Notes under the pieces: model-generated
What the model saw: only the letters and a program-made list of their open reading frames with translations
What the model was told of the DNA's origin: nothing
The model's database searches: none
Part shown: piece after piece, positions 17,671 through 25,373 of the stretch
How the letters are laid out: every line of letters starts with the position of its first letter
Position numbering within the stretch: the first letter of the stretch is position 1
Program-made: the position numbers and the translations under genes
Source of the DNA: an uncultured Candidatus Competibacteraceae bacterium
GTDB taxonomy: Bacteria > Bacteroidota > Bacteroidia > CAIKAF01
Length of the DNA: 64,000 nt
Reading direction: 5' to 3'
Assembly (NCBI GenBank): GCA_964624635.1
Contig: CAZUXM010000010.1
Span: forward strand, 3,462 to 67,461

Positions 17671-17886
17671 TTATTTCTCCAATAGTTTAGTGATTGAAAC
17701 ACCCAATCCCTCAGAGATTTCCAATAGATATAGATAAGACGGATTTATATTACCAGATTCAAGTCGTTGAATTGATTGTTGGTCTTTATTTACATTACTC
17801 GCAAGATCAGATTGGGTAAGACCTTTACTCAATCTGATTTCCCTAACCCTTTCCCCTAAAGACTTTAATTCCTTGTCTTTTTTCAT
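17671..17886 (-). CDS. XRE/Cro-C1-family helix-turn-helix transcriptional regulator (71 aa)
   Basis: LSKGLTQSDLASNVNKDQQSIQRLESGNINPSYLYLLEISEGLGVSITKLL is a classic HTH_XRE. The track start at 17904 is TTG; trimmed to ATG 17886. Confidence 0.8.
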   Translation of the reverse strand: MKKDKELKSLGERVREIRLSKGLTQSDLASNVNKDQQSIQRLESGNINPSYLYLLEISEGLGVSITKLLEK

Positions 17887-17920
17887 ACCATCAAGATTAT
17901 TCAACCCTGTGGATACTTTT

Positions 17921-17961
17921 CACAACCGATCCGTTGTAAATACAACCAATTTGTTGTATTT
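17921..17961. promoter_or_regulatory. Two tandem palindromic operator-like sites, (C/T)ACAAC-N6-GTTGTA
   Basis: Site 1 is 17921-17938 (CACAACcgatccGTTGTA). Site 2 is 17941-17958 (TACAACcaatttGTTGTA), with arms extendable to 17938-17961. Centres are 20 bp apart, and the sites lie midway in the divergent HTH / T9SS-gene intergenic region. Confidence 0.6.
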
Positions 17962-17993
17962 TTACCCTATTAACTAATTAAAACAAGGATTTT

Positions 17994-18656
17994 ATGACCA
18001 AATGGGTATTAATGATTTTGATCTTGTGTATTAAGATCAATTCATTCTCACAAACCACTTATGAGTTTAGTGTATATGATACAATTGGATGTACTGGGTC
18101 AGGATGTGATTCAGAAACAGATGGGAATATTCAAATAACAATGAATATGGGTGATACACTAAGATTCAAGAATGGAGAACCTGTGATACGTGCAATGTAC
18201 TTACATAAGAATGGTGAATGGCCTATCAATGATGATTCTTACAATCCAGGTGATCTAATATATGGGAATGCAGTCAATCCTGGAAATTATTTAGACACTT
18301 CAATAGTAGTATCAAGTAATTCAGTTTATAAATGTTCTTTTTATAGTCCCTGGTCTTTTATTCATTTCATAAATGTCAAAATAATCATCTCCAATGTTGG
18401 AATTGAAAATAGTAATGATTTTACTTTCAATGTTTATCCAAATCCGACAACTGACTACATAAATATTTCAGGTGAAAATCTAACAGGTTATTCTGTTCAG
18501 GTAGTTGATATTTCAGGGAGATGTATCACCCAAACTATACTCTTACAGAATAACACAATCCTAGACTTATCTAAATCAATTAAGGGAGTGTATTTCCTTC
18601 GGTTAATTGATGGGTCAGGTAAATGTTTATCCACGAAGAAAATTATTAACCAATAA
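17994..18656 (+). CDS. Small secreted protein (220 aa) with T9SS type A CTD (passenger)
   Basis: Signal peptide, a ~130-aa N-terminal domain of unknown function, then FNVYPNPTTDYINISG...GVYFLRLID, typical of a Por_Secre_tail CTD. Confidence 0.75.
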   Translation: MTKWVLMILILCIKINSFSQTTYEFSVYDTIGCTGSGCDSETDGNIQITMNMGDTLRFKNGEPVIRAMYLHKNGEWPINDDSYNPGDLIYGNAVNPGNYLDTSIVVSSNSVYKCSFYSPWSFIHFINVKIIISNVGIENSNDFTFNVYPNPTTDYINISGENLTGYSVQVVDISGRCITQTILLQNNTILDLSKSIKGVYFLRLIDGSGKCLSTKKIINQ

Positions 18657-18668
18657 AAACAATCAATT

Positions 18669-18878
18669 ATGTCATTCAAATCTAGTGAAATTAATTACGG
18701 TGTATTGAAGGTAAAAGGTAGATCAGTTGAAGTCTATGAAAGTTCTTCATCTTATAGTTTAATCAATACCGAAACAGAAGTAGAATCTGCAAATTGGGCT
18801 GGTGATGCGGTTTTGGTGAAATTAAAGAATGGGAAAATGAGACGATACAAGACAAAGACAACATACGAAAATGTATAA
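18669..18878 (+). CDS. Hypothetical 69-aa cytoplasmic protein (passenger)
   Basis: The ATG is 12 nt after the preceding stop and a strong terminator follows. No signal peptide and no recognisable domain. Confidence 0.5.
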   Translation: MSFKSSEINYGVLKVKGRSVEVYESSSSYSLINTETEVESANWAGDAVLVKLKNGKMRRYKTKTTYENV

Positions 18879-18883
18879 ACAAA

Positions 18884-18912
18884 AAACCCTTCCACATCTG
18901 GAAGGGTTTTTT
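18884..18912 (+). terminator. Rho-independent terminator
   Basis: 11-bp stem AAACCCTTCCA-catc-TGGAAGGGTTT running into a T6 tract, 6 nt after the stop. Confidence 0.8.
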
Positions 18913-19160
18913 AATTTTGTCTCATACTTTTTTACAAGTATAGATGAGGTCAAAATTTATTGGAAGGTGATTCCAACGAAAAAATAACTCATCTTTTATG
19001 AGTAACAGTAAATCATTTAAGGAACTTAAAAAGTTCTTGAAACTTTTGTATTTATTACTCGAAATCTTAATCGTTAGTAAAGTAATAATACAAATTCTGT
19101 AATTGAAGGGAGGTCTCACCACCTCCTTTCTTTTTATTATATTCTAAATTTTCAAAAAGT

Positions 19161-20078
19161 TTAATTCCATTTGTGAGAAATTCCTGCAATCAAGAGTCCA
19201 TCGAATGAATCTCTATATTCAAAATTTCTTCTATTAAGTTTATAACAGAATTCGTTTAAGTATAGTTGTAAATATTTATGGTTTATAGAATGATGGACAC
19301 CTAATAATCCTCTTTTAACATTAGAAATAATAGTATGTACCCATGGTAATTTTTTCATACTATCTTTTGGTTTTACCCTCATCTTTTTGTGTTTATTTAC
19401 TACATCAGTAACGTTATTATAACCCCTCCATCCATCAGTTGTTAAAGTAGAACTTTTATCTACTGATTTCTTTAATTCATAATTAATACCTTCTGAACTT
19501 AAATCGTCCATTACAATCATTTTTACATATCCCAGAACTCTTTTCTTTTTATGTTTAAGATTATGATTGATTGGTTCACTTTCAGTCATCACCAACACTG
19601 GTGTTTGTTTTTGACTTCCTCTACCTCTCTTTAATGGTTTCTTAGATTTTGGTTTAACAGATTCAAAGAATCCCTCATCAACTTCTATGTTTCCATCGAG
19701 TTTATAAAGACTATCTCTTTTACCCATTATAGTACGTATTTTTAACATCATATACCAAACTGGTTCATAGAATTTAAGTCCTAATTGTCTCTGTAACTCA
19801 AGTGCAGAGAAGGATTTCTTAGTACTGGTCATTAGGTGTATCGTTATAAACCATATACGGATGGGTAATTGAGATTTTTCCATTATCGTACCTGATTTAA
19901 TATTAGTCCTAGACCTACATACAGAACATTGGAACTTATTGACTGAGTTTAACCAGTAGTGTTTAGTGATAGTTTCACACTTCTTACAGGTTATACCTTG
20001 TTTAAGTCTTTGTTCCTTCAAGTGGTTTATACAACTTTGTTCGTCAGGAAACTTTTGAGTAAATTCTAATAGATTCAT
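19161..20078 (-). CDS. IS1595-family transposase
   Basis: N-terminal zinc-ribbon (CKKCE...CSVCRSRTNIKSGTIMEKSQLPIRIW) and DDE region (IEVDEGFF, TTDGWRGYNNV, NVKRGLLGVHHSINHKYLQLYLNEFCYKLNRRN). Confidence 0.9.
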   Translation of the reverse strand: MNLLEFTQKFPDEQSCINHLKEQRLKQGITCKKCETITKHYWLNSVNKFQCSVCRSRTNIKSGTIMEKSQLPIRIWFITIHLMTSTKKSFSALELQRQLGLKFYEPVWYMMLKIRTIMGKRDSLYKLDGNIEVDEGFFESVKPKSKKPLKRGRGSQKQTPVLVMTESEPINHNLKHKKKRVLGYVKMIVMDDLSSEGINYELKKSVDKSSTLTTDGWRGYNNVTDVVNKHKKMRVKPKDSMKKLPWVHTIISNVKRGLLGVHHSINHKYLQLYLNEFCYKLNRRNFEYRDSFDGLLIAGISHKWN

Positions 20079-20166
20079 ATATCATGAAACGATCAGTAAA
20101 TTGGTATGTTTTACGGAGGTAGCTAAGGATTTATTAAGGAAATATTGGAATTTAATTAAATTTATA

Positions 20167-20190
20167 GTTTCCTATAAACTGATAGTCAGA
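20167..20190. repeat. Right terminal inverted repeat
   Basis: GTTTCCTATAAACTGATAGTCAGA, 88 bp upstream of the transposase ATG. Confidence 0.85.
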
Positions 20191-20198
20191 TAACATAT
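20191..20198. repeat. Target-site duplication, right copy (TAACATAT)
   Basis: Identical to 17347..17354. Confidence 0.85.
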
Positions 20199-20369
20199 AT
20201 TTAAAAAACGTCGATAGAAAAAGCTGAACAAAATTCAGATAAAAGGTATGCGTGATGATGACTTATTATTTTAAACTATTAATTTATTGATGATTACAGC
20301 GGAAAAGTAGTTATTAACACCTTTCGTATTATTTCTTTAAACCACATTTAAAAATCATATATTGGGTAA

Positions 20370-22091
20370 ATGCAACCTGACAAAAAATGGGTCAAAAAAC
20401 CCAATCCTGATCCTAATACCATCCAACACCTGGCTCAGTTACTTGGTATTCCCTTGCACTTAGCAAAACTATTAGCACAAAGAGGCATTCATACTTATGA
20501 TGAAGCCCGTGTATTTTTTAAACCTAATGCCAACGATATGCATGATCCCTTTCTAATGAAAGATATGGATAAGGCAGTTATTAGGCTAATAAAGGCGATT
20601 GATAATAAAGAGAAAATTCTTGTTTTTGGTGATTATGATGTAGATGGAACTACCAGTGTTGCTATGATCTACTCTTTTATCAAAAATGAATTGGGATACA
20701 CCGGTTGTGCATACTACATTCCTGATAGATACAAGGAAGGCTATGGAATATCAAAAGCAGGAATTGATTTTGCCATTGATAATGAGTTTTCACTCATTGT
20801 TGCATTGGATTGCGGAATAAAATCTGTTGAACTGATTAAATATGCTAAAGAAAAAAACGTTGACTTCATTGTTTGCGATCACCACCTTCCGGGAGATGTT
20901 TTACCCGAAGCAGTTGCCATATTAAACGCAAAACAAAAAGATTGTAGTTACCCATACAAAGAACTTTGCGGATGCGGAGTAGGATTCAAACTCATGCAAG
21001 CTGTTTCGAATAAGTTAGGGTTACCGGCACAAGATGTTTTTGGGTACTTAGACATGGTAACTGTAGCCACTTGCTGTGATATTGTTCCACTTACCGGTGA
21101 AAATAGAATTTTAGTGGCGGAAGGAATAAAAATGTTGAATTCACAGCAACGACCCGGAATAAAAAAAATGTTAGAACTGGCAGGACATCAAAAAAAACTT
21201 ACTGTAGAAGATATTGTTTTTATCATTGGTCCCCGAATTAATGCTGCCGGAAGAATTAAGCATGGAAGCGGAGCTGTAGAGTTAATGATGGCCTCGGCAC
21301 ATGATCCCCTTATTAAAGAATTAGCAGAAATATTACAAACTAGTAATAAGGAAAGACAAGGATTAGACAAGGAAATTACTGCTGAAGCATTGATGATGAT
21401 TAATGCTGACGAAAAATTACAACATAAAAACTCCAATGTATTATTTAATGCAAAATGGCATAAAGGTGTAGTAGGAATTGTTGCATCACGTGTGGTAGAA
21501 AATTATTATAAGCCCACAATCATCCTCACTGAAAGCAATGGACTTGCTACAGGATCTGCCCGAAGTGTAAAAGGGTTTGATGTACATGCTGCCATTGATA
21601 AATGCAGTGAATTATTGGAAAATTACGGAGGACATATGTATGCTGCCGGATTAAGTTTAAAAATGGAAAATCTTGAGTCTTTCATTGATCAGTTTGAAAA
21701 AGTAGTTACACGTCAACTTAACGGATATATTCCCATTCCGGAAATTGATATAGATGAAGAACTTCCACTTCCTCAGATTAACAAAAAATTATTTGACTTT
21801 ATACAGAAAATGGGGCCTTTTGGTCCTGCTAACATGGATCCTGTTTTTACTTGCGTAAATTTATTAGCCTTAGATGGGACCAGAATAGTGGGTGACAATC
21901 ATTTAAAATTAGTACTGGCGCCCAAGGGACATCCTGAACATGTTTTTAAAGCCATTGCCTTTAAGCAAGGGCATCATTTACCTGAACTTTTAAAAGGAAC
22001 TCCTTTCTCCATTGCCTATAACCTGCGTGAAAACGAATGGATGGGAAATGTAAATATTGAATTAGACATCAAGGACATCAAATTTAACTGA
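20370..22091 (+). CDS. recJ: Single-stranded-DNA-specific exonuclease RecJ
   Basis: DHH motifs (FGDYDVDGTTS, DCG, CDHH) and the DHHA1 region (GGHMYAAG). Confidence 0.9.
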   Translation: MQPDKKWVKKPNPDPNTIQHLAQLLGIPLHLAKLLAQRGIHTYDEARVFFKPNANDMHDPFLMKDMDKAVIRLIKAIDNKEKILVFGDYDVDGTTSVAMIYSFIKNELGYTGCAYYIPDRYKEGYGISKAGIDFAIDNEFSLIVALDCGIKSVELIKYAKEKNVDFIVCDHHLPGDVLPEAVAILNAKQKDCSYPYKELCGCGVGFKLMQAVSNKLGLPAQDVFGYLDMVTVATCCDIVPLTGENRILVAEGIKMLNSQQRPGIKKMLELAGHQKKLTVEDIVFIIGPRINAAGRIKHGSGAVELMMASAHDPLIKELAEILQTSNKERQGLDKEITAEALMMINADEKLQHKNSNVLFNAKWHKGVVGIVASRVVENYYKPTIILTESNGLATGSARSVKGFDVHAAIDKCSELLENYGGHMYAAGLSLKMENLESFIDQFEKVVTRQLNGYIPIPEIDIDEELPLPQINKKLFDFIQKMGPFGPANMDPVFTCVNLLALDGTRIVGDNHLKLVLAPKGHPEHVFKAIAFKQGHHLPELLKGTPFSIAYNLRENEWMGNVNIELDIKDIKFN

Positions 22092-22145
22092 CCATCTTAC
22101 CTATCGAAATATTTGTTTTCGGACATTATGTCGCCTTGTTTTTCT

Positions 22146-22170
22146 TTTTTACGCCATTCTGGCGTAAAAA
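22146..22170. promoter_or_regulatory. 11-bp-arm inverted repeat upstream of hsp20
   Basis: TTTTTACGCCA-ttc-TGGCGTAAAAA, 56 nt upstream of the hsp20 ATG. The T-run precedes and the A-run follows on both strands, which is the wrong polarity for an intrinsic terminator. Confidence 0.4.
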
Positions 22171-22226
22171 TTCGATTGGAATAAGAGTTGAAGTATCCGC
22201 TCCAAACAATTTAAAAACAAAAAGTT

Positions 22227-22691
22227 ATGATAGTTCTAAAAAATAAAAAAGCCGCTTTCCCTTCTTTTGCGCCTAAAATGAATCATGGTTTTCCTTTTCA
22301 TCCTTTTATGATGAATGATTTTCAACATTTTTTTGGGCAGGATGAACAAACTACAATACCAAATGTAAATGTTATTGAAGATGAAAAAGGATATACTTTA
22401 CAATTAGCCGTTCCCGGAGTTGCCAAAGAAAATATAAAAATTGATTTGGATAAAGAAGTGCTCTCGGTTAGTGCTGAGGCTTTAACAAATGCTAAGGATA
22501 ACAAAGAAAACGCTGTTAAATTTTTAAGAAAAGAGTTTAACTACTACGGTTTTAAAAGAAGCTTTACGCTGCCTGAAAACACAGACGTTACAGGTATAAA
22601 AGCACAATATGAAAATGGTATTTTATATGTGGTATTGCCTAAAAAAGAAAAAAGCAATGACCCAACCATTAAAACAATTACTATTAGTTAA
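22227..22691 (+). CDS. Small heat-shock protein, Hsp20/alpha-crystallin family
   Basis: Alpha-crystallin domain pattern (VNVIEDEKGYTLQLAVPGVAKENIKIDLDKEVLSVSAE...F.R.F.LPENTD...A.YENGIL.V.LPK). Confidence 0.85.
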   Translation: MIVLKNKKAAFPSFAPKMNHGFPFHPFMMNDFQHFFGQDEQTTIPNVNVIEDEKGYTLQLAVPGVAKENIKIDLDKEVLSVSAEALTNAKDNKENAVKFLRKEFNYYGFKRSFTLPENTDVTGIKAQYENGILYVVLPKKEKSNDPTIKTITIS

Positions 22692-22712
22692 TCGTTATAA
22701 ACATTAAATTTG

Positions 22713-22749
22713 AGGTGTGTTGTTGTAAGCTATTAACAACAACACACCT
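22713..22749 (+). terminator. Rho-independent terminator after hsp20
   Basis: 14-bp stem AGGTGTGTTGTTGT / ACAACAACACACCT followed by a T-rich tract. Confidence 0.8.
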
Positions 22750-22763
22750 TTTATACTTTTTAC

Positions 22764-23033
22764 ATGATAAAATTTGTAGTTAACGGACAAAGAGGATCAA
22801 AAAATATTTTGATATCCATAGGTCTTACACTCATCATTATTTCGATGTTGGTGTTTTGGTTACCTAAAGTATTTGCCTACATTTTTGCAGGAATAGTTGG
22901 CTTATTAGGTATAGGCGCATTGTTAAGAGGGATTACGGCAAAACCATCCAATCCTGATAATAATAATAATGGTCCATACAGGGGGTATAATAATTCAACC
23001 GAAGATGGTTCGTATCAGGAGGTAGATGATTAA
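22764..23033 (+). CDS. Small membrane protein (89 aa, two TM segments)
   Basis: Two hydrophobic helices and an Asn-rich tail. Overlaps the next ORF by 8 nt (ATGATTAA). Confidence 0.5.
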   Translation: MIKFVVNGQRGSKNILISIGLTLIIISMLVFWLPKVFAYIFAGIVGLLGIGALLRGITAKPSNPDNNNNGPYRGYNNSTEDGSYQEVDD

Positions 23034-24594
23034 AAAACTAGCTTACATACTAGTGGCTTTTACTTCACTTCAAATTTCTGCACAGAATTTTGACGTGAAG
23101 TTTTCTAATGTAGAAAAGGTGGGGTTTAGGGAATTACATGATCGTATCATTGGTTATGATTCTACTTCTTTTGATATTTTACGATATAAATTCAGCCCTT
23201 TTGGGGAGGCCACTATTTATGCCGACCATTTTGATCTCGAGTCTGGCATGAGAAAGTATTCCATCGAGATTTTTAAAAAAGATCTGTACAAAAACAATTA
23301 TCTGAAAACTAAAACTGAGTTTGAAGATGCCTTTGTTATTGATAGTTCTCTCATCGTTTTGTTTTCTTGTTATAACCCCGATAAATTAGAAAACGAATTG
23401 TACGGAATACAATTCGTCAATGGATTTCAATTGGGGGATCCCCAACTCATCATGTCTGTAAAATCAATGAACCGATATGATAAAAATCCTATACTCATCA
23501 AATACGATCAACAACAAAAAGTATTTGCCGCAGTTTCATTAGAAGCTGATTTAAGAGCAGACCATCCTATTATGGTTATCGGTTGTTTTAATCAGGATCT
23601 TTCTGATGTATGGAAACAAAAGCTGGATATTCCTTACAAACAAAACAAATTTGATATTGAACAAATTCAAATAGATGAAAATAAACATCTGTATATGTTG
23701 TTTAAAATTGTGTTGACCAAAGATCTTCAAAAACAACACGGTCTGCCGAATGCAGATGAATATTTTTCATTATTACAATTAAGCGAACAACAAGATGAAG
23801 ATTATTTAGAAACCGTACTCAATATTGAAGACAAGGTGATTACCAACATGCAAATGGAGGTAAATAAAAAAAAAGATAAAATCTTATTATCTGGTTTATT
23901 TTATAATAAAAGAGGAGATATCCACCCTCAAGGGGTTTATTTTACTGAATTTGAAAAAGACAGCATCACTCCTTCTGCTATTAAAGTACAACCTTTCGGA
24001 AGTGAATTTATTCCTGATTTTGAAACCGAAAGTCCGTTTACCGAAACAGCGGCTGATATAGAGCCTGAAATAGATTTGATTGATATGGTTGCATCACCTG
24101 GTGGAGGATATTATTTACTGGGCGAATATAAACTCATTAACGAAACCTGTATGCCAGATTACCGGAGTTCACTCATGAGTTGTAATTATAATTATTACTA
24201 CAATGATATTTTTGTTTTCAAATTCGATTCTACCGGCAGCCTTCAAAGAAAATTACGTATTCCTAAAAAACAATTTACCCGTAATGATGGTGCCATATAT
24301 TCTTCATTCTCTTATGGAATATTAAAAAACAAACTGGTTTTACTGTATAACGACCATCCCAAAAACTTAAAACCTAAAAACCCGGCACATCTTACCTTTA
24401 TGACGGATGCTAAAAAATCGAATTTAGCGATAGTAAGTGTTGATCAAAATGGAATAGTTGATAAAGAGTTTTTATTAAATAACGATAAGAAAAAAACCTG
24501 GTGTAAACCTATGTTGTTTTTTAATAACGAGCGTAAATCAATGGTGATGTTTGCTGAAAAAGGAAGATTTTTTCAGAGTATTGAGATAAAATAA
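23026..24594 (+). CDS. Hypothetical secreted protein (522 aa)
   Basis: Signal peptide (AFTSLQISAQ). Distantly paralogous to 53984..55603 (shared LLSGLFYNK / LVFAGFFADK and ...VLLYNDHPKNL / ...VIIYNDLAQNV segments). Confidence 0.6.
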   Translation: MIKKLAYILVAFTSLQISAQNFDVKFSNVEKVGFRELHDRIIGYDSTSFDILRYKFSPFGEATIYADHFDLESGMRKYSIEIFKKDLYKNNYLKTKTEFEDAFVIDSSLIVLFSCYNPDKLENELYGIQFVNGFQLGDPQLIMSVKSMNRYDKNPILIKYDQQQKVFAAVSLEADLRADHPIMVIGCFNQDLSDVWKQKLDIPYKQNKFDIEQIQIDENKHLYMLFKIVLTKDLQKQHGLPNADEYFSLLQLSEQQDEDYLETVLNIEDKVITNMQMEVNKKKDKILLSGLFYNKRGDIHPQGVYFTEFEKDSITPSAIKVQPFGSEFIPDFETESPFTETAADIEPEIDLIDMVASPGGGYYLLGEYKLINETCMPDYRSSLMSCNYNYYYNDIFVFKFDSTGSLQRKLRIPKKQFTRNDGAIYSSFSYGILKNKLVLLYNDHPKNLKPKNPAHLTFMTDAKKSNLAIVSVDQNGIVDKEFLLNNDKKKTWCKPMLFFNNERKSMVMFAEKGRFFQSIEIK

Positions 24595-24595
24595 A

Positions 24596-25372
24596 TCATC
24601 CTATTTCAAACCCATCCCTATCCTCATAAAACGGCAAGTTTTTTCGTATTGATTGAAGTTTTGAATAATCAATGGAACCTTCAATTATCATCTCTTTAAA
24701 AGAAGTTGCTTGTTGTATAGGTTGACCCATCGGATCTAAAATCACTGATTCGCCTCCATACAAGACCCCAGTTCCATCATTTCCTATTCTATTCACCCCA
24801 ACTACATAACATTGGTTTTCGATGGCCCTGGCTATTAATAGTTGATTCCAGGCATAACTGCGGCGTTCCGGCCAGTTAGCTACCAATAAAATGAGATCAT
24901 AATCATTTTTAGGAGTCCTTCTTATCCATACGGGAAACCGAAGGTCGTAACACACCAACAACGAAATATTCCAACCTTTATAATTCACTATTACTTGTTC
25001 TCTACCCTCCGAAAAAACATCTTGCTCATTGGTTAAACAAAACAAATGTTTTTTATTATAAATAGTAATCTTGCCATCAGGTTCTACAAAATGTAAACGA
25101 TTATAATTTTCACCATGATCGTTCACGAAAAAACTACCCGCAATTGCTGAATTTTTTTGTACAGCCATTTTTTTCATCCACTCTACCGTTAGTCCATCCG
25201 ATTCAGCTAAGCCATTATTCATTGAAAATCCTGTGGTAAAAGTTTCAGGAAGAAGAATGATATCACTATCCTTAATGTTTGAAATCAACCGGGTAAAATG
25301 TTCAAAATTACCGGCGCGATTTTCCCAATGCAAATTCGTTTGAATAGCTGATATTTTAAGTTGTACTTTCAT
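24596..25372 (-). CDS. Carbon-nitrogen hydrolase family protein (omega-amidase, YafV-like)
   Basis: Nitrilase-superfamily Glu-Lys-Cys context: LLPETF, KKHLF, LLVCYDLRFP. Confidence 0.75.
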   Translation of the reverse strand: MKVQLKISAIQTNLHWENRAGNFEHFTRLISNIKDSDIILLPETFTTGFSMNNGLAESDGLTVEWMKKMAVQKNSAIAGSFFVNDHGENYNRLHFVEPDGKITIYNKKHLFCLTNEQDVFSEGREQVIVNYKGWNISLLVCYDLRFPVWIRRTPKNDYDLILLVANWPERRSYAWNQLLIARAIENQCYVVGVNRIGNDGTGVLYGGESVILDPMGQPIQQATSFKEMIIEGSIDYSKLQSIRKNLPFYEDRDGFEIG

Positions 25373-25373
25373 C

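Larger units (their letters stand above)
17355..20190. mobile_element. IS1595-family transposon with passenger genes (2836 bp)
   Basis: Terminal 24-bp inverted repeats matching at 23/24, flanking 8-bp direct repeats, and a single IS1595-type transposase inside. Confidence 0.85.

Noticed and set aside
17671-17904. XRE regulator as a sign of a prophage
   Set aside because: No integrase, capsid, terminase or other phage genes are nearby. The gene lies inside IR/TSD-delimited transposon boundaries instead.
18922-19122. 66-aa minus-strand ORF in the 282-bp spacer between the passenger terminator and the transposase stop
   Set aside because: AT-rich low-complexity translation with no motif, and it begins downstream of the transposase stop without a plausible promoter. 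Treated as non-coding.
19081-19160. Search for an internal copy of the 24-bp IR that would delimit a minimal ~1.1-kb IS
   Set aside because: Only a 6-nt coincidence (ATTCTG at ~19094) was found. There is no convincing IR, so the full 2836-bp unit is retained as the element.
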